From Candidatus Ozemobacteraceae bacterium (GTDB lineage Bacteria; Muiribacteriota; Ozemobacteria; Ozemobacterales; Ozemobacteraceae), in the NCBI GenBank assembly GCA_965140445.1, contig OZ223236.1, positions 1,824,001 to 1,888,000 of the forward strand: a stretch of 64,000 nt of DNA, given 5' to 3'. The position numbers and the translations under genes were made by a program. Positions within the stretch are counted from its first letter, which is position 1, and each line of letters opens with the position of its first letter. Under the pieces are notes generated by a model that worked only from the letters and a program-made list of their open reading frames with translations, did no database searches and was not told the origin of the DNA. Positions 39,721 to 51,985 of this stretch are shown piece by piece.

Positions 39721-40881
39721 TTAGACACTTGGAATATTTATTGCTTCTGTTGCTAGAGTTTTTGATTCGAGCAACTGGGAAGATGATTTTTTTCCATACA
39801 TCGGCAACCCACTCATCAACTCCCAGGCTGGCCGAACAAACAACTCCCTCTTATGCAACTCATTCAACAGCTTATCTCTTACAACTTTGTCGGCATTTTT
39901 CAGCAAAATGGCATTCAGCCAGTAATTGCTTTTGCAGTTTTTGGGTTCTGTAAAAAACTCGACTTCTTCTATTTGGGAAAAAGCCTGGCGGTAGTTCTCG
40001 GCCATAGCTCGTTTTGAGGCCAAGATGTCTGGGAGTTTTTCCATCTGGGCGCAGCCAAGGGCGGCGTTGATGTTGGGCATGCGGTAGTTGTAGGCGATGC
40101 AGTCGTGGAAGTATTCCCAGGGGTGGGGGACTTTTCCTGTGGTGGTGAGGTGTTTGGCTTTTTGGGCCAGGTCTTCAGAGTTGGTTAAGATGGCTCCGCC
40201 TCCGCCTGTTGTTATTGTTTTGTTTCCGTTGAAACTTAGAGCGGATAGAAGCCCATGAGATCCGACGTGCTTGCCTTTGTATAAAGACCCTATGGCTTCG
40301 GCGGCATCTTCTATGAGAGTTATGTGGAATTTATTACAAATGGCGAGTAGTTCATCAAGTTTAGAAGGGTGTCCGAAGGTATGCATCACAACCAAAGCTT
40401 TGATTTGTTTGCCGGTAATTTTGTTGAAGCACATATTGTCGCAAATTTCTGAAATCTCATTCAGGTGGTTTTCCAGTTTAACGGGGCAAATTCCGAGAGT
40501 TTCTGTTTCTACATCTAAAAAGTGTGGAGCAGCGCCGCAGTAGGAAATGGCGTTTGCTGTGGCTACGAACGTCAGTGCCTGGCATAGAACTTCGTGGTCT
40601 GAGGTAACACCGGCAAGCAGCAGACAGGTATGCAGGGCGGAGGTTCCGTTAACGGTGGCAACGGCGTGGTTTATTCCGGTGAAATCTGACAGCATTTGTT
40701 CGAAGCGACTTACGTAACTACCAGCTGACGAGACCCAACCGGTTTCGATGCAGTCGAGAACATACTTTTTTTCATTTCCCGCAAAAACAGGTTCGTGAAG
40801 AGAAATCGGGCCAGAGGCAACCCCAGTGATCTGACGAACAATGGATTCAATTTTTTGGGCCAACAAATTTGTGTTAGTCAT
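39721..40881 (-). CDS. legC: LegC-family aminotransferase
   Basis: LHEP.F.GNE, WVSSAG, NGTSALH, TFVATANA, EDAAE, SFNGNK.ITTGGGG, YNYRMPNINAALG, SNYWLN. Confidence 0.88.
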   Translation of the reverse strand: MTNTNLLAQKIESIVRQITGVASGPISLHEPVFAGNEKKYVLDCIETGWVSSAGSYVSRFEQMLSDFTGINHAVATVNGTSALHTCLLLAGVTSDHEVLCQALTFVATANAISYCGAAPHFLDVETETLGICPVKLENHLNEISEICDNMCFNKITGKQIKALVVMHTFGHPSKLDELLAICNKFHITLIEDAAEAIGSLYKGKHVGSHGLLSALSFNGNKTITTGGGGAILTNSEDLAQKAKHLTTTGKVPHPWEYFHDCIAYNYRMPNINAALGCAQMEKLPDILASKRAMAENYRQAFSQIEEVEFFTEPKNCKSNYWLNAILLKNADKVVRDKLLNELHKRELFVRPAWELMSGLPMYGKKSSSQLLESKTLATEAINIPSV

Positions 40882-41052
40882 TATACTCTGATTCCCTTTT
40901 TATCTGTGGACCATCGAAGGCCAATACAACTCAATTCAATGCTCTCTGAATAATAGCATATTTTTTTTCAGAAAAACCTAACGGCTTTTAGGCTGATGTG
41001 TTAAAATTACGCTTACTACAAAAGAGATAAAATTGGAAAGGAGAAATCCTCT

Positions 41053-44000
41053 ATGTCAAAGGAATTTAGTAGAATTTCCATCGATCGACTTAGCTCATGG
41101 ATTCTTAATGAATATGATCATACCAGCCAAATTTTTGGTGTTCACAAAGATTTGTTCTTTGTTCCAAAGGCCGATGATCCATTTACCATGACTCGATATG
41201 GCCAGCACATGGAAAGCCCAATAGGTGTTGCAGCTGGTCCACATACGCAGATGGCTCAGAATCTTATTATGGCCTGGCTTTGTGGAAGCAGATATTTGGA
41301 GTTAAAGACAGTCCAAACTTTGGATGAACTCAATGTTTCCAAGCCTTGTATTGATATGCAGGACGAAGGTTACAACTGTGAATGGTCACAGGAACTTAAA
41401 CTTGATGCCAGTTTTGATGAGTATTTGAACGCATGGATATTGATGCATGTGCTTCGTCATAAATTTGGCTGGAACAACGACAAGGGCCGCGGATTCATTT
41501 TCAACATGAGTGTTGGCTATAACCTTGAAGGTGTTCTCAAAGATAACGTTCAGCGTTTCCTTGATCGCATGGCTAATTGCGAAGCTGAATTAAAAGAAAA
41601 GCTTGCTATTGTTAAGAAATACTATCCAAAAGTTGATGAAATTGATATTCCATCAAAGCTTTCAGATAATATTACTCTTTCAACAATGCATGGTTGCCCT
41701 CCAGATGAAATCGAAAAGATTGCCATGTATCTGGTAAAAGAAAGAAAATACAACACTACTATCAAGCTCAATCCAACACTTCTTGGGCCAGAACAGCTTA
41801 GACATATTCTCAACGAAAAACTTGGATATGAAACAAATGTTCCTGACGAAGCTTTTGGCCACGATCTTAAGTATCCTGATGGAATCAACATCATTAAAAA
41901 CATGCTTAAGGCATCTGCTGATGAAGGACTGGATTTCAGTCTCAAGCTTACCAATACCCTTGAAAGTGTAAACCACAAGGATTTCTTCCCTCCAAATGAA
42001 AAGATGATGTATATGAGTGGTCGCTCATTGCATGCGATCAGCACAAATCTGGCTGCCAAGCTTCAGAATGAATTTGACGGTCAGCTTGATATAAGCTTCA
42101 GTGCTGGTGTTGATACTTTCAATCTTCCGAAGATCATTGCTTCTGGTCTTAAGCCAGTAACTGTGTCTTCAGATGTTTTAAAACCAGGTGGATATGGCCG
42201 TCTGAACCAGTATCTCATAGATCTAAAAACCGCTATTATGGCTGAAGGCGCAGATTCAATCGATAAATACATTACCAAGTTTGCAGGTTGCAGCTGTGGC
42301 GATGTTAAAAAAGCTGCTTTGATCAATCTTCGTCGCTATGCTGGAGCGGTTCCAAACCTTAAGGCTTACCGAAAAGATAGCAAAACTGGCGAATCCGTTA
42401 AGACTGATCGTGAACTTACTATGTTTGATTGTGTGAAAGCTCCTTGTATCAGCACATGTCCAGCTGGTCAGGATATTCCATCTTACCTGTATCATACTGC
42501 AAAAGGTGATTATAAAAAGGCTTATGATGTAATTATGCGCAATAACCCGCTTCCAAACGTTTTGGGAATGGTATGCGATCATCAGTGCCAACACAGATGC
42601 ACCAGATCAAACTATGATTCTTCTATCCTGATCAGGGAAGTTAAACGCTTTATCGCAGCCAGAAACGAAGATCGTAACCAGCTCAAGCCTGCCAAAACTA
42701 ACGGCAAAAAAGTTGCAATTATCGGGGCTGGACCAAGCGGCTTGTCATGTGCTTACTTCCTGGCCTTAGAAGGCTTTGAAGTTTCTGTATATGAAACAAA
42801 ATCATTTGCCGGCGGAATGATTTCTGATGCTATTCCAAGTTTCAGACTTACCGCTGAAGCCATTCGCAATGATGTTGAATACATCAGAGGACTTGGTGTT
42901 GCAATAAATTATGATTACAAAATCGATAAAGATCGCTTTGAACAACTCAAAAAAGAAAATGACTATTTGTATATAGCTATCGGAGCTCAAGCTGCTAAGA
43001 GCATGGGTATTCCTGGTGAAGATGCAAAAGGCGTTATGGATCAGCTTAAATTCTTGTCTGACGTTCGACAGGAGAAGAAGGTTGAATTGGGCTCTAAAGT
43101 AGCTATTGTTGGCGGCGGAAACTCTGCTATGGATGCTGCCAGAACGGCTCATCGAATGGTTGGCCCAGATGGAAAAGTAACTGTTGTTTACAGAAGAACC
43201 ACTAAGCAGATGCCAGCTGACATCGAAGAAGTTAAGGCTCTCATCGAAGAAAACATTGAGATTCTTGAGCTTCACCAGCCACTTGAAGTCCTGGTTAAAG
43301 ACGGTCAGGTAAAAGGGCTTAAGTGCCAGAAAATGAAACTTGGCGAAAAAGGCAAAGACGGTCGTCAGCGCCCTGAGCCAATTGATGGGGCTATTGTAGA
43401 TGTTGAATTCGATACAATCATTCAGGCTATTGGCCAGGATGTAGTTATTGACTTCGTTTCCATGAAGGATTTGCAGACTGATCCAGCTACTGGAATGTCG
43501 AAAATAAAAAATGTTTTTGCTGGTGGAGACGCAGTTCGTGGCGCTTCAACTATAGTAAAAGCTGTTGGTGATGGCCAGAAAGCAGCCGCTAACATTATAG
43601 CCTTCGCTGGAAAAGATCTTGATATCGCTCCAGCTAAGCTTCCAAAGGGAATGACTCCTGCTGAATTCCAGGTTAAAAGTGCCAGAAGAGTTAAAGGTAT
43701 GGAAATCCCTGAGATCGACCTCGGCAAGAGAAAAGGTTTTGCAACAGTAATTCGTGAGCTTACAGAAGCTGAAGCCAGAAAAGAATCTGAGCGCTGCTTG
43801 TATTGTAATGATGTTTGTAATGTTTGTGTTACAGTGTGCCCAAATAGAGCAAACAGAGCTTATACAGTAAAAACTGGTGATTACAAGGTTCAGAAAGCTT
43901 TCCTGAAAAAAGGAAAACTCAAAATTGAAAACGATAAGACCTTTAGACTTACTCAAGCTAATCAGGTATTAAACGTTGGCGATTTCTGTAACGAATGTGG

Positions 44001-44337
44001 AAACTGCACTCATTTCTGTCCAACTGCTGGCGATCCATACAAAGGAAAACCAAAATTCTATCTAACCGAAGAAAGCTTTGGCGAAGAAAAGAATGGTTTC
44101 CATCTTGTAGGAAGCACACTCAAAGCCAAATTTGAAGGTGAACTTCACACTTTAGAAGATAAAGGCGATTCTTTCCATTATGCTTGTGGTCCTTTAACTG
44201 CAAAGCTTAATAAAGACTCTCTTGAAGTTGTTTCAGCAGATGCTAAAAATGATAAAGTCAAAGATTTCTCCTTTGACAAAGCATTAAAAATGGGACTCTT
44301 AATGAACTCATTAAAGGGCGTTTGTTTCTCAGCTTAA
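41053..44337 (+). CDS. ygfK: YgfK-type flavin/Fe-S oxidoreductase (annotated 'putative selenate reductase subunit')
   Basis: GVAAGPHTQ, ELKT, TLSTMHGCPPDEIE, KLNPTLLG, KLTNT, YMSGR, KPGGY; GAGPSG and GGGNSAMD; RCLYC..VC..CV.VCPNRAN and CNECGNC..FCP. Confidence 0.92.
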   Translation: MSKEFSRISIDRLSSWILNEYDHTSQIFGVHKDLFFVPKADDPFTMTRYGQHMESPIGVAAGPHTQMAQNLIMAWLCGSRYLELKTVQTLDELNVSKPCIDMQDEGYNCEWSQELKLDASFDEYLNAWILMHVLRHKFGWNNDKGRGFIFNMSVGYNLEGVLKDNVQRFLDRMANCEAELKEKLAIVKKYYPKVDEIDIPSKLSDNITLSTMHGCPPDEIEKIAMYLVKERKYNTTIKLNPTLLGPEQLRHILNEKLGYETNVPDEAFGHDLKYPDGINIIKNMLKASADEGLDFSLKLTNTLESVNHKDFFPPNEKMMYMSGRSLHAISTNLAAKLQNEFDGQLDISFSAGVDTFNLPKIIASGLKPVTVSSDVLKPGGYGRLNQYLIDLKTAIMAEGADSIDKYITKFAGCSCGDVKKAALINLRRYAGAVPNLKAYRKDSKTGESVKTDRELTMFDCVKAPCISTCPAGQDIPSYLYHTAKGDYKKAYDVIMRNNPLPNVLGMVCDHQCQHRCTRSNYDSSILIREVKRFIAARNEDRNQLKPAKTNGKKVAIIGAGPSGLSCAYFLALEGFEVSVYETKSFAGGMISDAIPSFRLTAEAIRNDVEYIRGLGVAINYDYKIDKDRFEQLKKENDYLYIAIGAQAAKSMGIPGEDAKGVMDQLKFLSDVRQEKKVELGSKVAIVGGGNSAMDAARTAHRMVGPDGKVTVVYRRTTKQMPADIEEVKALIEENIEILELHQPLEVLVKDGQVKGLKCQKMKLGEKGKDGRQRPEPIDGAIVDVEFDTIIQAIGQDVVIDFVSMKDLQTDPATGMSKIKNVFAGGDAVRGASTIVKAVGDGQKAAANIIAFAGKDLDIAPAKLPKGMTPAEFQVKSARRVKGMEIPEIDLGKRKGFATVIRELTEAEARKESERCLYCNDVCNVCVTVCPNRANRAYTVKTGDYKVQKAFLKKGKLKIENDKTFRLTQANQVLNVGDFCNECGNCTHFCPTAGDPYKGKPKFYLTEESFGEEKNGFHLVGSTLKAKFEGELHTLEDKGDSFHYACGPLTAKLNKDSLEVVSADAKNDKVKDFSFDKALKMGLLMNSLKGVCFSA

Positions 44338-44345
44338 TCTAAATT

Positions 44346-44386
44346 AAAAATCCCCCGGAGATGAATATCTCCGGGGGATTTTTTTT
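44346..44386. terminator. Bidirectional intrinsic terminator
   Basis: AAAAATCCCCCGGAGA-loop-TCTCCGGGGGATTTTT perfect inverted repeat between convergent genes. Confidence 0.92.
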
Positions 44387-44392
44387 CCCGGT

Positions 44393-45418
44393 TTATTCGC
44401 CGCTAGTTGTAGTTGGTGATGTTGTTGGCTTAAGTTTCAGAGCAGGCAAAATCATGCGAGGGTTTATTCTCATTTTCTTTGGCGGTGGTGGAAGATAAGG
44501 AAGGCGGTTCGGCCTGGCCAAAAAAGCGTCTTCCAGAGTAAATAGACCTTCTCGAAGCCATTCGTCTGGTTCGTTTAACTTTAATTTTCCGATAAAAACT
44601 CCACCCCAGAGTTTTTTAGGGTATGAAGCGTTTGTAGTTATGCGGGCGGTATTATCGTAGTCATATGACCCTTTAAATCCGCAGCATGGGCATTGTCCTG
44701 CTATGACTGAGTGCAGCGAAATGTATTTTGTTCCAGTTGCGGGATCGTTTCCTTTTATTCCTTTGTCCAGCAACCAGGCTTCAATTTGAATTAGCTTTCC
44801 CTCTAAATCTTTAAGTGGCTGTGGAATCTGGATACTGTCAGTTGCAAAGGTTAAAAGCCGATCCTGCTCATCCCTAAAGCTGTCAAACCATGACCAGTAG
44901 ACTTGGGGTGTCATGTTTAACAATTCTTTATAGTCGGGAGATAGCAAAGATTTTGACTGCTCCATTTGAGGCTCAGCAAATTTGGCTTCAATTTGCCACT
45001 TGGGATCAGTCTCACTTCCAATATTTTTAAGGATTCCAGAGATCTGATAAACATCAAATGCATGAAAGGATACAAACTCCTCCGTTTTAAAAGTTAAGAA
45101 GTCATCTTCAGGAGTTTTTTTATTAACAAAGGTTTGGTTAACAATTTGTCCTACTGAAAAGAAGTTTTGTCCATCAATTGGAATTACATAGCCAAGTACC
45201 GTGATTTTATTATTTTCATTTTGCTTCAGCAAAGTTGGGTTAATTTTTAACTGGGCAATTGTAAAAGCTTTTGAATGGGTTATTCTGGACAAATAGTCTT
45301 TATAACCTTCATTATCGATGGTTTGACTTACAACGCCTGCTTGTGACGCGAAGCAGCTATTAGTCAGCGCAAAGAAACAAATAATAAAAAGGATACTGTT
45401 TCTAAATTGCTTGTTCAT
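44393..45418 (-). CDS. Exported protein with DUF3299-like domain(s), CPCC motif and Pro-rich tail
   Basis: Signal peptide; LEGKLIQIEAW...CPCC...GKL...FTLEDA pattern; 10 bp downstream of kdsA. Confidence 0.55.
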   Translation of the reverse strand: MNKQFRNSILFIICFFALTNSCFASQAGVVSQTIDNEGYKDYLSRITHSKAFTIAQLKINPTLLKQNENNKITVLGYVIPIDGQNFFSVGQIVNQTFVNKKTPEDDFLTFKTEEFVSFHAFDVYQISGILKNIGSETDPKWQIEAKFAEPQMEQSKSLLSPDYKELLNMTPQVYWSWFDSFRDEQDRLLTFATDSIQIPQPLKDLEGKLIQIEAWLLDKGIKGNDPATGTKYISLHSVIAGQCPCCGFKGSYDYDNTARITTNASYPKKLWGGVFIGKLKLNEPDEWLREGLFTLEDAFLARPNRLPYLPPPPKKMRINPRMILPALKLKPTTSPTTTSGE

Positions 45419-45428
45419 TTTAACTCCT

Positions 45429-46238
45429 CTAAATTGCTTTTTTTATTCGGATCAATGATGCCAATAGGTTCTCAAGGTCTTCCAGGGCAAGGATATTGTC
45501 TGCATCAGAAGGAGAAGTTTCTGGCTCAGGGTGAATTTCCAGGAATAAGCCGTCTACAGACCCTGTTGCAACTGCAGCTCGGGCTAAAGCTGGAACATAT
45601 TCTCTCTGTCCTCCTGTTTTCCCCTGACCTGCACTTGGAAGCTGTAGAGAATGGGTGGCATCATAAACAACTGCATCTGCAAATTCACTCATGATTGGAA
45701 AGGAACGCATGTCTACAACAAGGTTCCCATAGCCAAAACTTGCGCCTCTTTCGGTTAGAAGGACTTCTGCTTGTGGATTTATTGCTTTAACTTTTTTAAC
45801 AAGATGGTCTGTTGCCCAAGGAGAAAGGAATTGGCCTTTCTTAATGTTTACCACATTGAAAAACTTTGCCGCTGCGTCGGTAAGGTCTGACTGGCGGCAC
45901 AAGAAGGCAGGAATCTGGATAATATCGCAGACTTGCGAAATTCTTTCCGCTTGATCGGGAAGATGGATATCGGTGATACAAGGCAAGCCTGTTGCCTGTT
46001 TAACTTTACTTAAAATTTCGAGGCCTTTTTCTAGCCCAGGTCCGCGAAATGAGTCTCCTGAAGTGCGATTAGCCTTATCAAAGCTAGCTTTAAAAACTGC
46101 GGGCAATCCGAGTTTTTCTGCAACTCTTTTAAGCTCAAATGCAATTTTTAAGGTAAGTTCTTCGTTTTCAATTACGCAGGGGCCAGCAAAAACAAAAAAG
46201 GGGGCATCTGCTGCATATTTTTTTAGTGAAAAGCTCAT
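45429..46238 (-). CDS. kdsA: KDO 8-phosphate synthase
   Basis: AGPCVIE, KASFDKANRTS, QIPAFLCRQ, KKGQF, ERG, DATHS, DA.N. Confidence 0.97.
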   Translation of the reverse strand: MSFSLKKYAADAPFFVFAGPCVIENEELTLKIAFELKRVAEKLGLPAVFKASFDKANRTSGDSFRGPGLEKGLEILSKVKQATGLPCITDIHLPDQAERISQVCDIIQIPAFLCRQSDLTDAAAKFFNVVNIKKGQFLSPWATDHLVKKVKAINPQAEVLLTERGASFGYGNLVVDMRSFPIMSEFADAVVYDATHSLQLPSAGQGKTGGQREYVPALARAAVATGSVDGLFLEIHPEPETSPSDADNILALEDLENLLASLIRIKKAI

Positions 46239-46395
46239 TGTCTGCTCCTGGAGTTTTTCTTTAAATATATCATAACAGCAGTTTTAAATGTTGTGGGCGT
46301 ATCATATTGGGCTTGGCTTTATTAATAATTCTCATGGTTTTTATTAATTGAGAGGCATGCTATAAGTAATTAAAGATATATCTCTGTGAGGTAAT

Positions 46396-46953
46396 ATGAA
46401 GAAAAGAATTAATTTTGTCTGGTTAACTTTGATTTTCTGTTTGCTACTTTCTACTCTGCATGCAGGGTGGAATCCCTTTAAAAGAAACCATAAAAGAAGC
46501 GGCGAGGAGAATGCTCAGCTCTTAATCAAAAAGATAAAAGAAACTGCTCCAGATAGTAAGAAAATTTTTGATAACGCTATTGGATACGCGGTTTTTCCAT
46601 CAATTGGAAAAGCTGGAATAGGAGTTGGAGGGGCAGCTGGAAACGGCAGGGTTTATCGAAAAGGTGAGTTTATTGGCACTACAACTATGAGTCAGCTGTC
46701 CATTGGATTTCAGCTTGGAGGGCAGGTTTATGGCGAAGTAATATTTTTCCAGGACGATAATACCCTGAATAAGTTTAAACAGGGAAAATTTGAACTTGGA
46801 GCTAATGCTTCTGCGATAGTTGTCAATACTGGCGCAGCAATAACAGCTGGATTTAAAGATGGCACCATTGTAATGGTTTTGCCAAAGGGCGGATTAATGT
46901 ATGAAGCTACTGTAAGTGGCCAGAAGTTTACTTTTAAAGGCAAAAAGCGCTAA
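46396..46953 (+). CDS. Exported Ysc84/SYLF-domain protein
   Basis: Signal peptide; AVFP.IGKAG.GVGG..G.G, SIGFQLGGQ, KGGLMYEATV.GQKF. Confidence 0.85.
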   Translation: MKKRINFVWLTLIFCLLLSTLHAGWNPFKRNHKRSGEENAQLLIKKIKETAPDSKKIFDNAIGYAVFPSIGKAGIGVGGAAGNGRVYRKGEFIGTTTMSQLSIGFQLGGQVYGEVIFFQDDNTLNKFKQGKFELGANASAIVVNTGAAITAGFKDGTIVMVLPKGGLMYEATVSGQKFTFKGKKR

Positions 46954-47054
46954 TTACTATTTTCTGACAAAAAAATCACAAAAACTTAAATGTAGGCTTG
47001 CAAGGTGGTTTGGCATGTGGGAAAATCAAAAGAAAAAACTGAAAGGTTCGAATT

Positions 47055-47339
47055 ATGAAATTGGAAGAGACTAAGAAAAAGGCTGTTTCAAATGCTTTAA
47101 AAGATGTTAATGGTGAAGCTTTTCTTTATAGACCTAAAAAGGGAAAAGATGCTGATAGTAAGGAAGTTGAAATCCTTATTTTTTCCAAGGAAGATCCATT
47201 AGAGGTTTCCAGAGAAGTAGCACAAAGATACTTTCTTTTTTGCGAAGAAAAACTTGATGTTATTGTTATGGACCCAGATAGGCTTTCTAAAGAACAAGAG
47301 GCTTTTCTTGATTCGATAAACAGGGAACCGCTAGCCTGA
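47055..47339 (+). CDS. Small protein resembling a degenerate minimal nucleotidyltransferase (MNT)
   Basis: 94 aa, GAAAGG RBS, downstream terminator; EAFLY...EVEILIFS...EEKLDVIV parallels the MNT LFGS...DIDLLI...KIDI layout. Confidence 0.5.
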   Translation: MKLEETKKKAVSNALKDVNGEAFLYRPKKGKDADSKEVEILIFSKEDPLEVSREVAQRYFLFCEEKLDVIVMDPDRLSKEQEAFLDSINREPLA

Positions 47340-47341
47340 CC

Positions 47342-47390
47342 AATAAAAAAAAGCTCCGGATCAAACATTGATCTGGAGCTTTTTTTTATT
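47342..47390. terminator. Bidirectional intrinsic terminator
   Basis: AATAAAAAAAAGCTCCGGATCAA...TTGATCTGGAGCTTTTTTTTATT inverted repeat. Confidence 0.9.
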
Positions 47391-47398
47391 GGTTATAA

Positions 47399-48412
47399 TT
47401 AGTATCCATCAGGATTCATTGATTGCCACTTCCAGGAATCTCTACACATGGCTTCAAGATTTTTTTCCGCTTTCCAGTAAAGTTCTTTTGCTGCTTTTGC
47501 TGGATTGGCATAGCATGAAGCAATATCGCCGGGCCTTCGTGGTGCAATCACATATGGAATCTTTTTTCCAGAAGCTTTTTCAAAAGCTTTTACTACATCC
47601 AGAACACTGTATCCATTTCCGGTTCCAAGATTCCAGATGTTTAACCCTGACATTTTTTTGAGTGCTTCTATTGCAGCCAGATGGCCGGCAGCCAGATCAA
47701 CCACATGAATGTAATCTCTTACGCCAGTTCCATCAGGGGTAGGATAATCATTTCCAAAGACACTTAGTTCTTTTCTTTTACCAACTGCAACTTGAGTAAT
47801 GAAAGGCATAAGATTATTTGGAATGTCGTTTGGATCTTCGCCAATTTTACCACTTTCATGGGCTCCAACAGGATTAAAATACCTAAGTAGAGCTATGTTC
47901 CATGATTTGTCCGATTCGAACAAATCCATAAGAATGCGCTCAATCATGTGTTTTGAAGTTCCGTATGGGTTTGTAGTTCCGCCTGTTGGAAAATCTTCAA
48001 GGATTGGAACCGTGGCCGGATCACCGTAAACAGTTGCAGATGAGCTGAATACCAGAGTTTTTACATTGGCTTTTTTCATGCTCTCTAACAAGGTTAGGGT
48101 TCCAGAAACATTGTTCTGATAGTAAAATAACGGCTTTGCTACAGATTCACCAACTGCCTTTAATCCGGCAAAATGAATTACGGCTTCTATTGAATGGTCT
48201 GCAAATACCTGGTCAAGTGCCGCAGAATCAAGAATATCACCTTTTACAAATATCGGCCTTTTCCCAGTAATCTCCTCAATTCTATCAATAACGATTTCTT
48301 TACTGTTATAAAGATTATCAAAAATTATTACGTTTTTCCCGGCTTCCAGGAGCTGTATGCATGTGTGGCTTCCTATGTAGCCTGCCCCGCCAGTTAGTAA
48401 AATTGCCATCAA
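47399..48412 (-). CDS. galE: UDP-glucose 4-epimerase
   Basis: [48 protein letters not shown]. Confidence 0.97.
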   Translation of the reverse strand: MMAILLTGGAGYIGSHTCIQLLEAGKNVIIFDNLYNSKEIVIDRIEEITGKRPIFVKGDILDSAALDQVFADHSIEAVIHFAGLKAVGESVAKPLFYYQNNVSGTLTLLESMKKANVKTLVFSSSATVYGDPATVPILEDFPTGGTTNPYGTSKHMIERILMDLFESDKSWNIALLRYFNPVGAHESGKIGEDPNDIPNNLMPFITQVAVGKRKELSVFGNDYPTPDGTGVRDYIHVVDLAAGHLAAIEALKKMSGLNIWNLGTGNGYSVLDVVKAFEKASGKKIPYVIAPRRPGDIASCYANPAKAAKELYWKAEKNLEAMCRDSWKWQSMNPDGY

Positions 48413-48471
48413 ATCCTCCGCTTAAATTGTTTCTCTATAGTAGACTTCTGAGATTTGGTAATGTTCCATTT

Positions 48472-50916
<2,445 letters not shown>

Positions 50917-50927
<11 letters not shown>

Positions 50928-51969
50928 TATTTAAAATCCCTGTTGTTGAATGACCGTCAAGGAGAGAGACAACCTTTACTTCGCCACCGTGTTTTTCAAC
51001 CCAGTCAGCGCCAACAATAGTTTCTCTGCTGTAATCTCCGCCTTTAACGAGAATCTTTGGAGTAATAGCTTGAATTAGTTCAGCTGGAGTATCTTCAGAA
51101 AACTCAATTACATAGTCCACAAATTCCAGAGAGGCCAGCATTAAAGCACGATTCTCAAAGTTATGATAAGGTCTGGAATCGCCTTTCAGCCTCTTTATGG
51201 AATCGTCTGAATTCAGGCCAACTATAAGCAATTCTCCGAAGCTTCTGGACTCCTTCAAAACCTTAATGTGCCCGGGATGAAGGATATCAAAGCATCCATT
51301 GGTGAAAACAGATTTGTAGCCTGAAATCGCTTTTGCAAAATTATCGATCTGTCCTTTTGGAACTATCTTTTTAACCGGGAGACTTATCGGAGCTTTTTCG
51401 GGGAAAATTTGCTCTTCAACTGCTCTACACAATGAATGGATCAGAACTGCATGAATTTCCTGAATTCGAGGGGTTCTTGCAGATGGTGATTTTATGCAGA
51501 TATCAGCTAAGTCTTCTAATTTACTTTGCTTGGAACCTGTTAAAGCAACGGTGGTAATATTCATTTTTTTAGCTTCTTCAACTGCCGCTACTACATTTGC
51601 AGAATTTCCGCTGGTAGAAATGCCAAGAAGAACGTCTCCAGATTGCCCAAGACCTTGCACCTGTCTTTTGAAAACCAAATCATAGCCGTAATCGTTAGCA
51701 ATGGCGGTGAAAGTAGCAGATGGCGTGCAAAGAGATATACCAGGAAGGGAAGCTCTGTCGTAGCCAAATCTTCCAACAAGTTCTCCAACCATATGTTCTG
51801 CATCAGCAGCAGATCCACCATTGCCACAGACTAGAATCTTTTTACCGTTTTTTAATGCCTTTACCATAGCTTGTGCAGCGCTGGAAAAAGTTTGGGACAG
51901 TTGCTCTGAAAAAGAATCCTGAACTGTCATTCTCAGGGCGTTCAAATCTTGAAGAAAATAGTTTTCCAT
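50917..51969 (-). CDS. gmhA: Fusion of sedoheptulose-7-phosphate isomerase (GmhA) and heptose-1-phosphate adenylyltransferase (RfaE2/HldC)
   Basis: GNGGSAADA, ANDYG, STSGNS, RIQE.H; then FTNGCFDILHPGH, GLNSD, KGGDY, STT; start ATG 51969 with GGAG RBS. Confidence 0.92.
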
Positions 51970-51985
51970 CTGGTTCTCCATAAAG

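Noticed and set aside
39987..39994. GGCGGTAG resembling an ops/JUMPstart element
   Set aside because: Lies antisense inside legC, downstream of the cassette, and lacks the following nnTG; not a leader position
41053..44337. Selenoprotein or true selenate reductase
   Set aside because: No in-frame TGA and no molybdopterin-subunit motifs; the name is only a legacy family annotation
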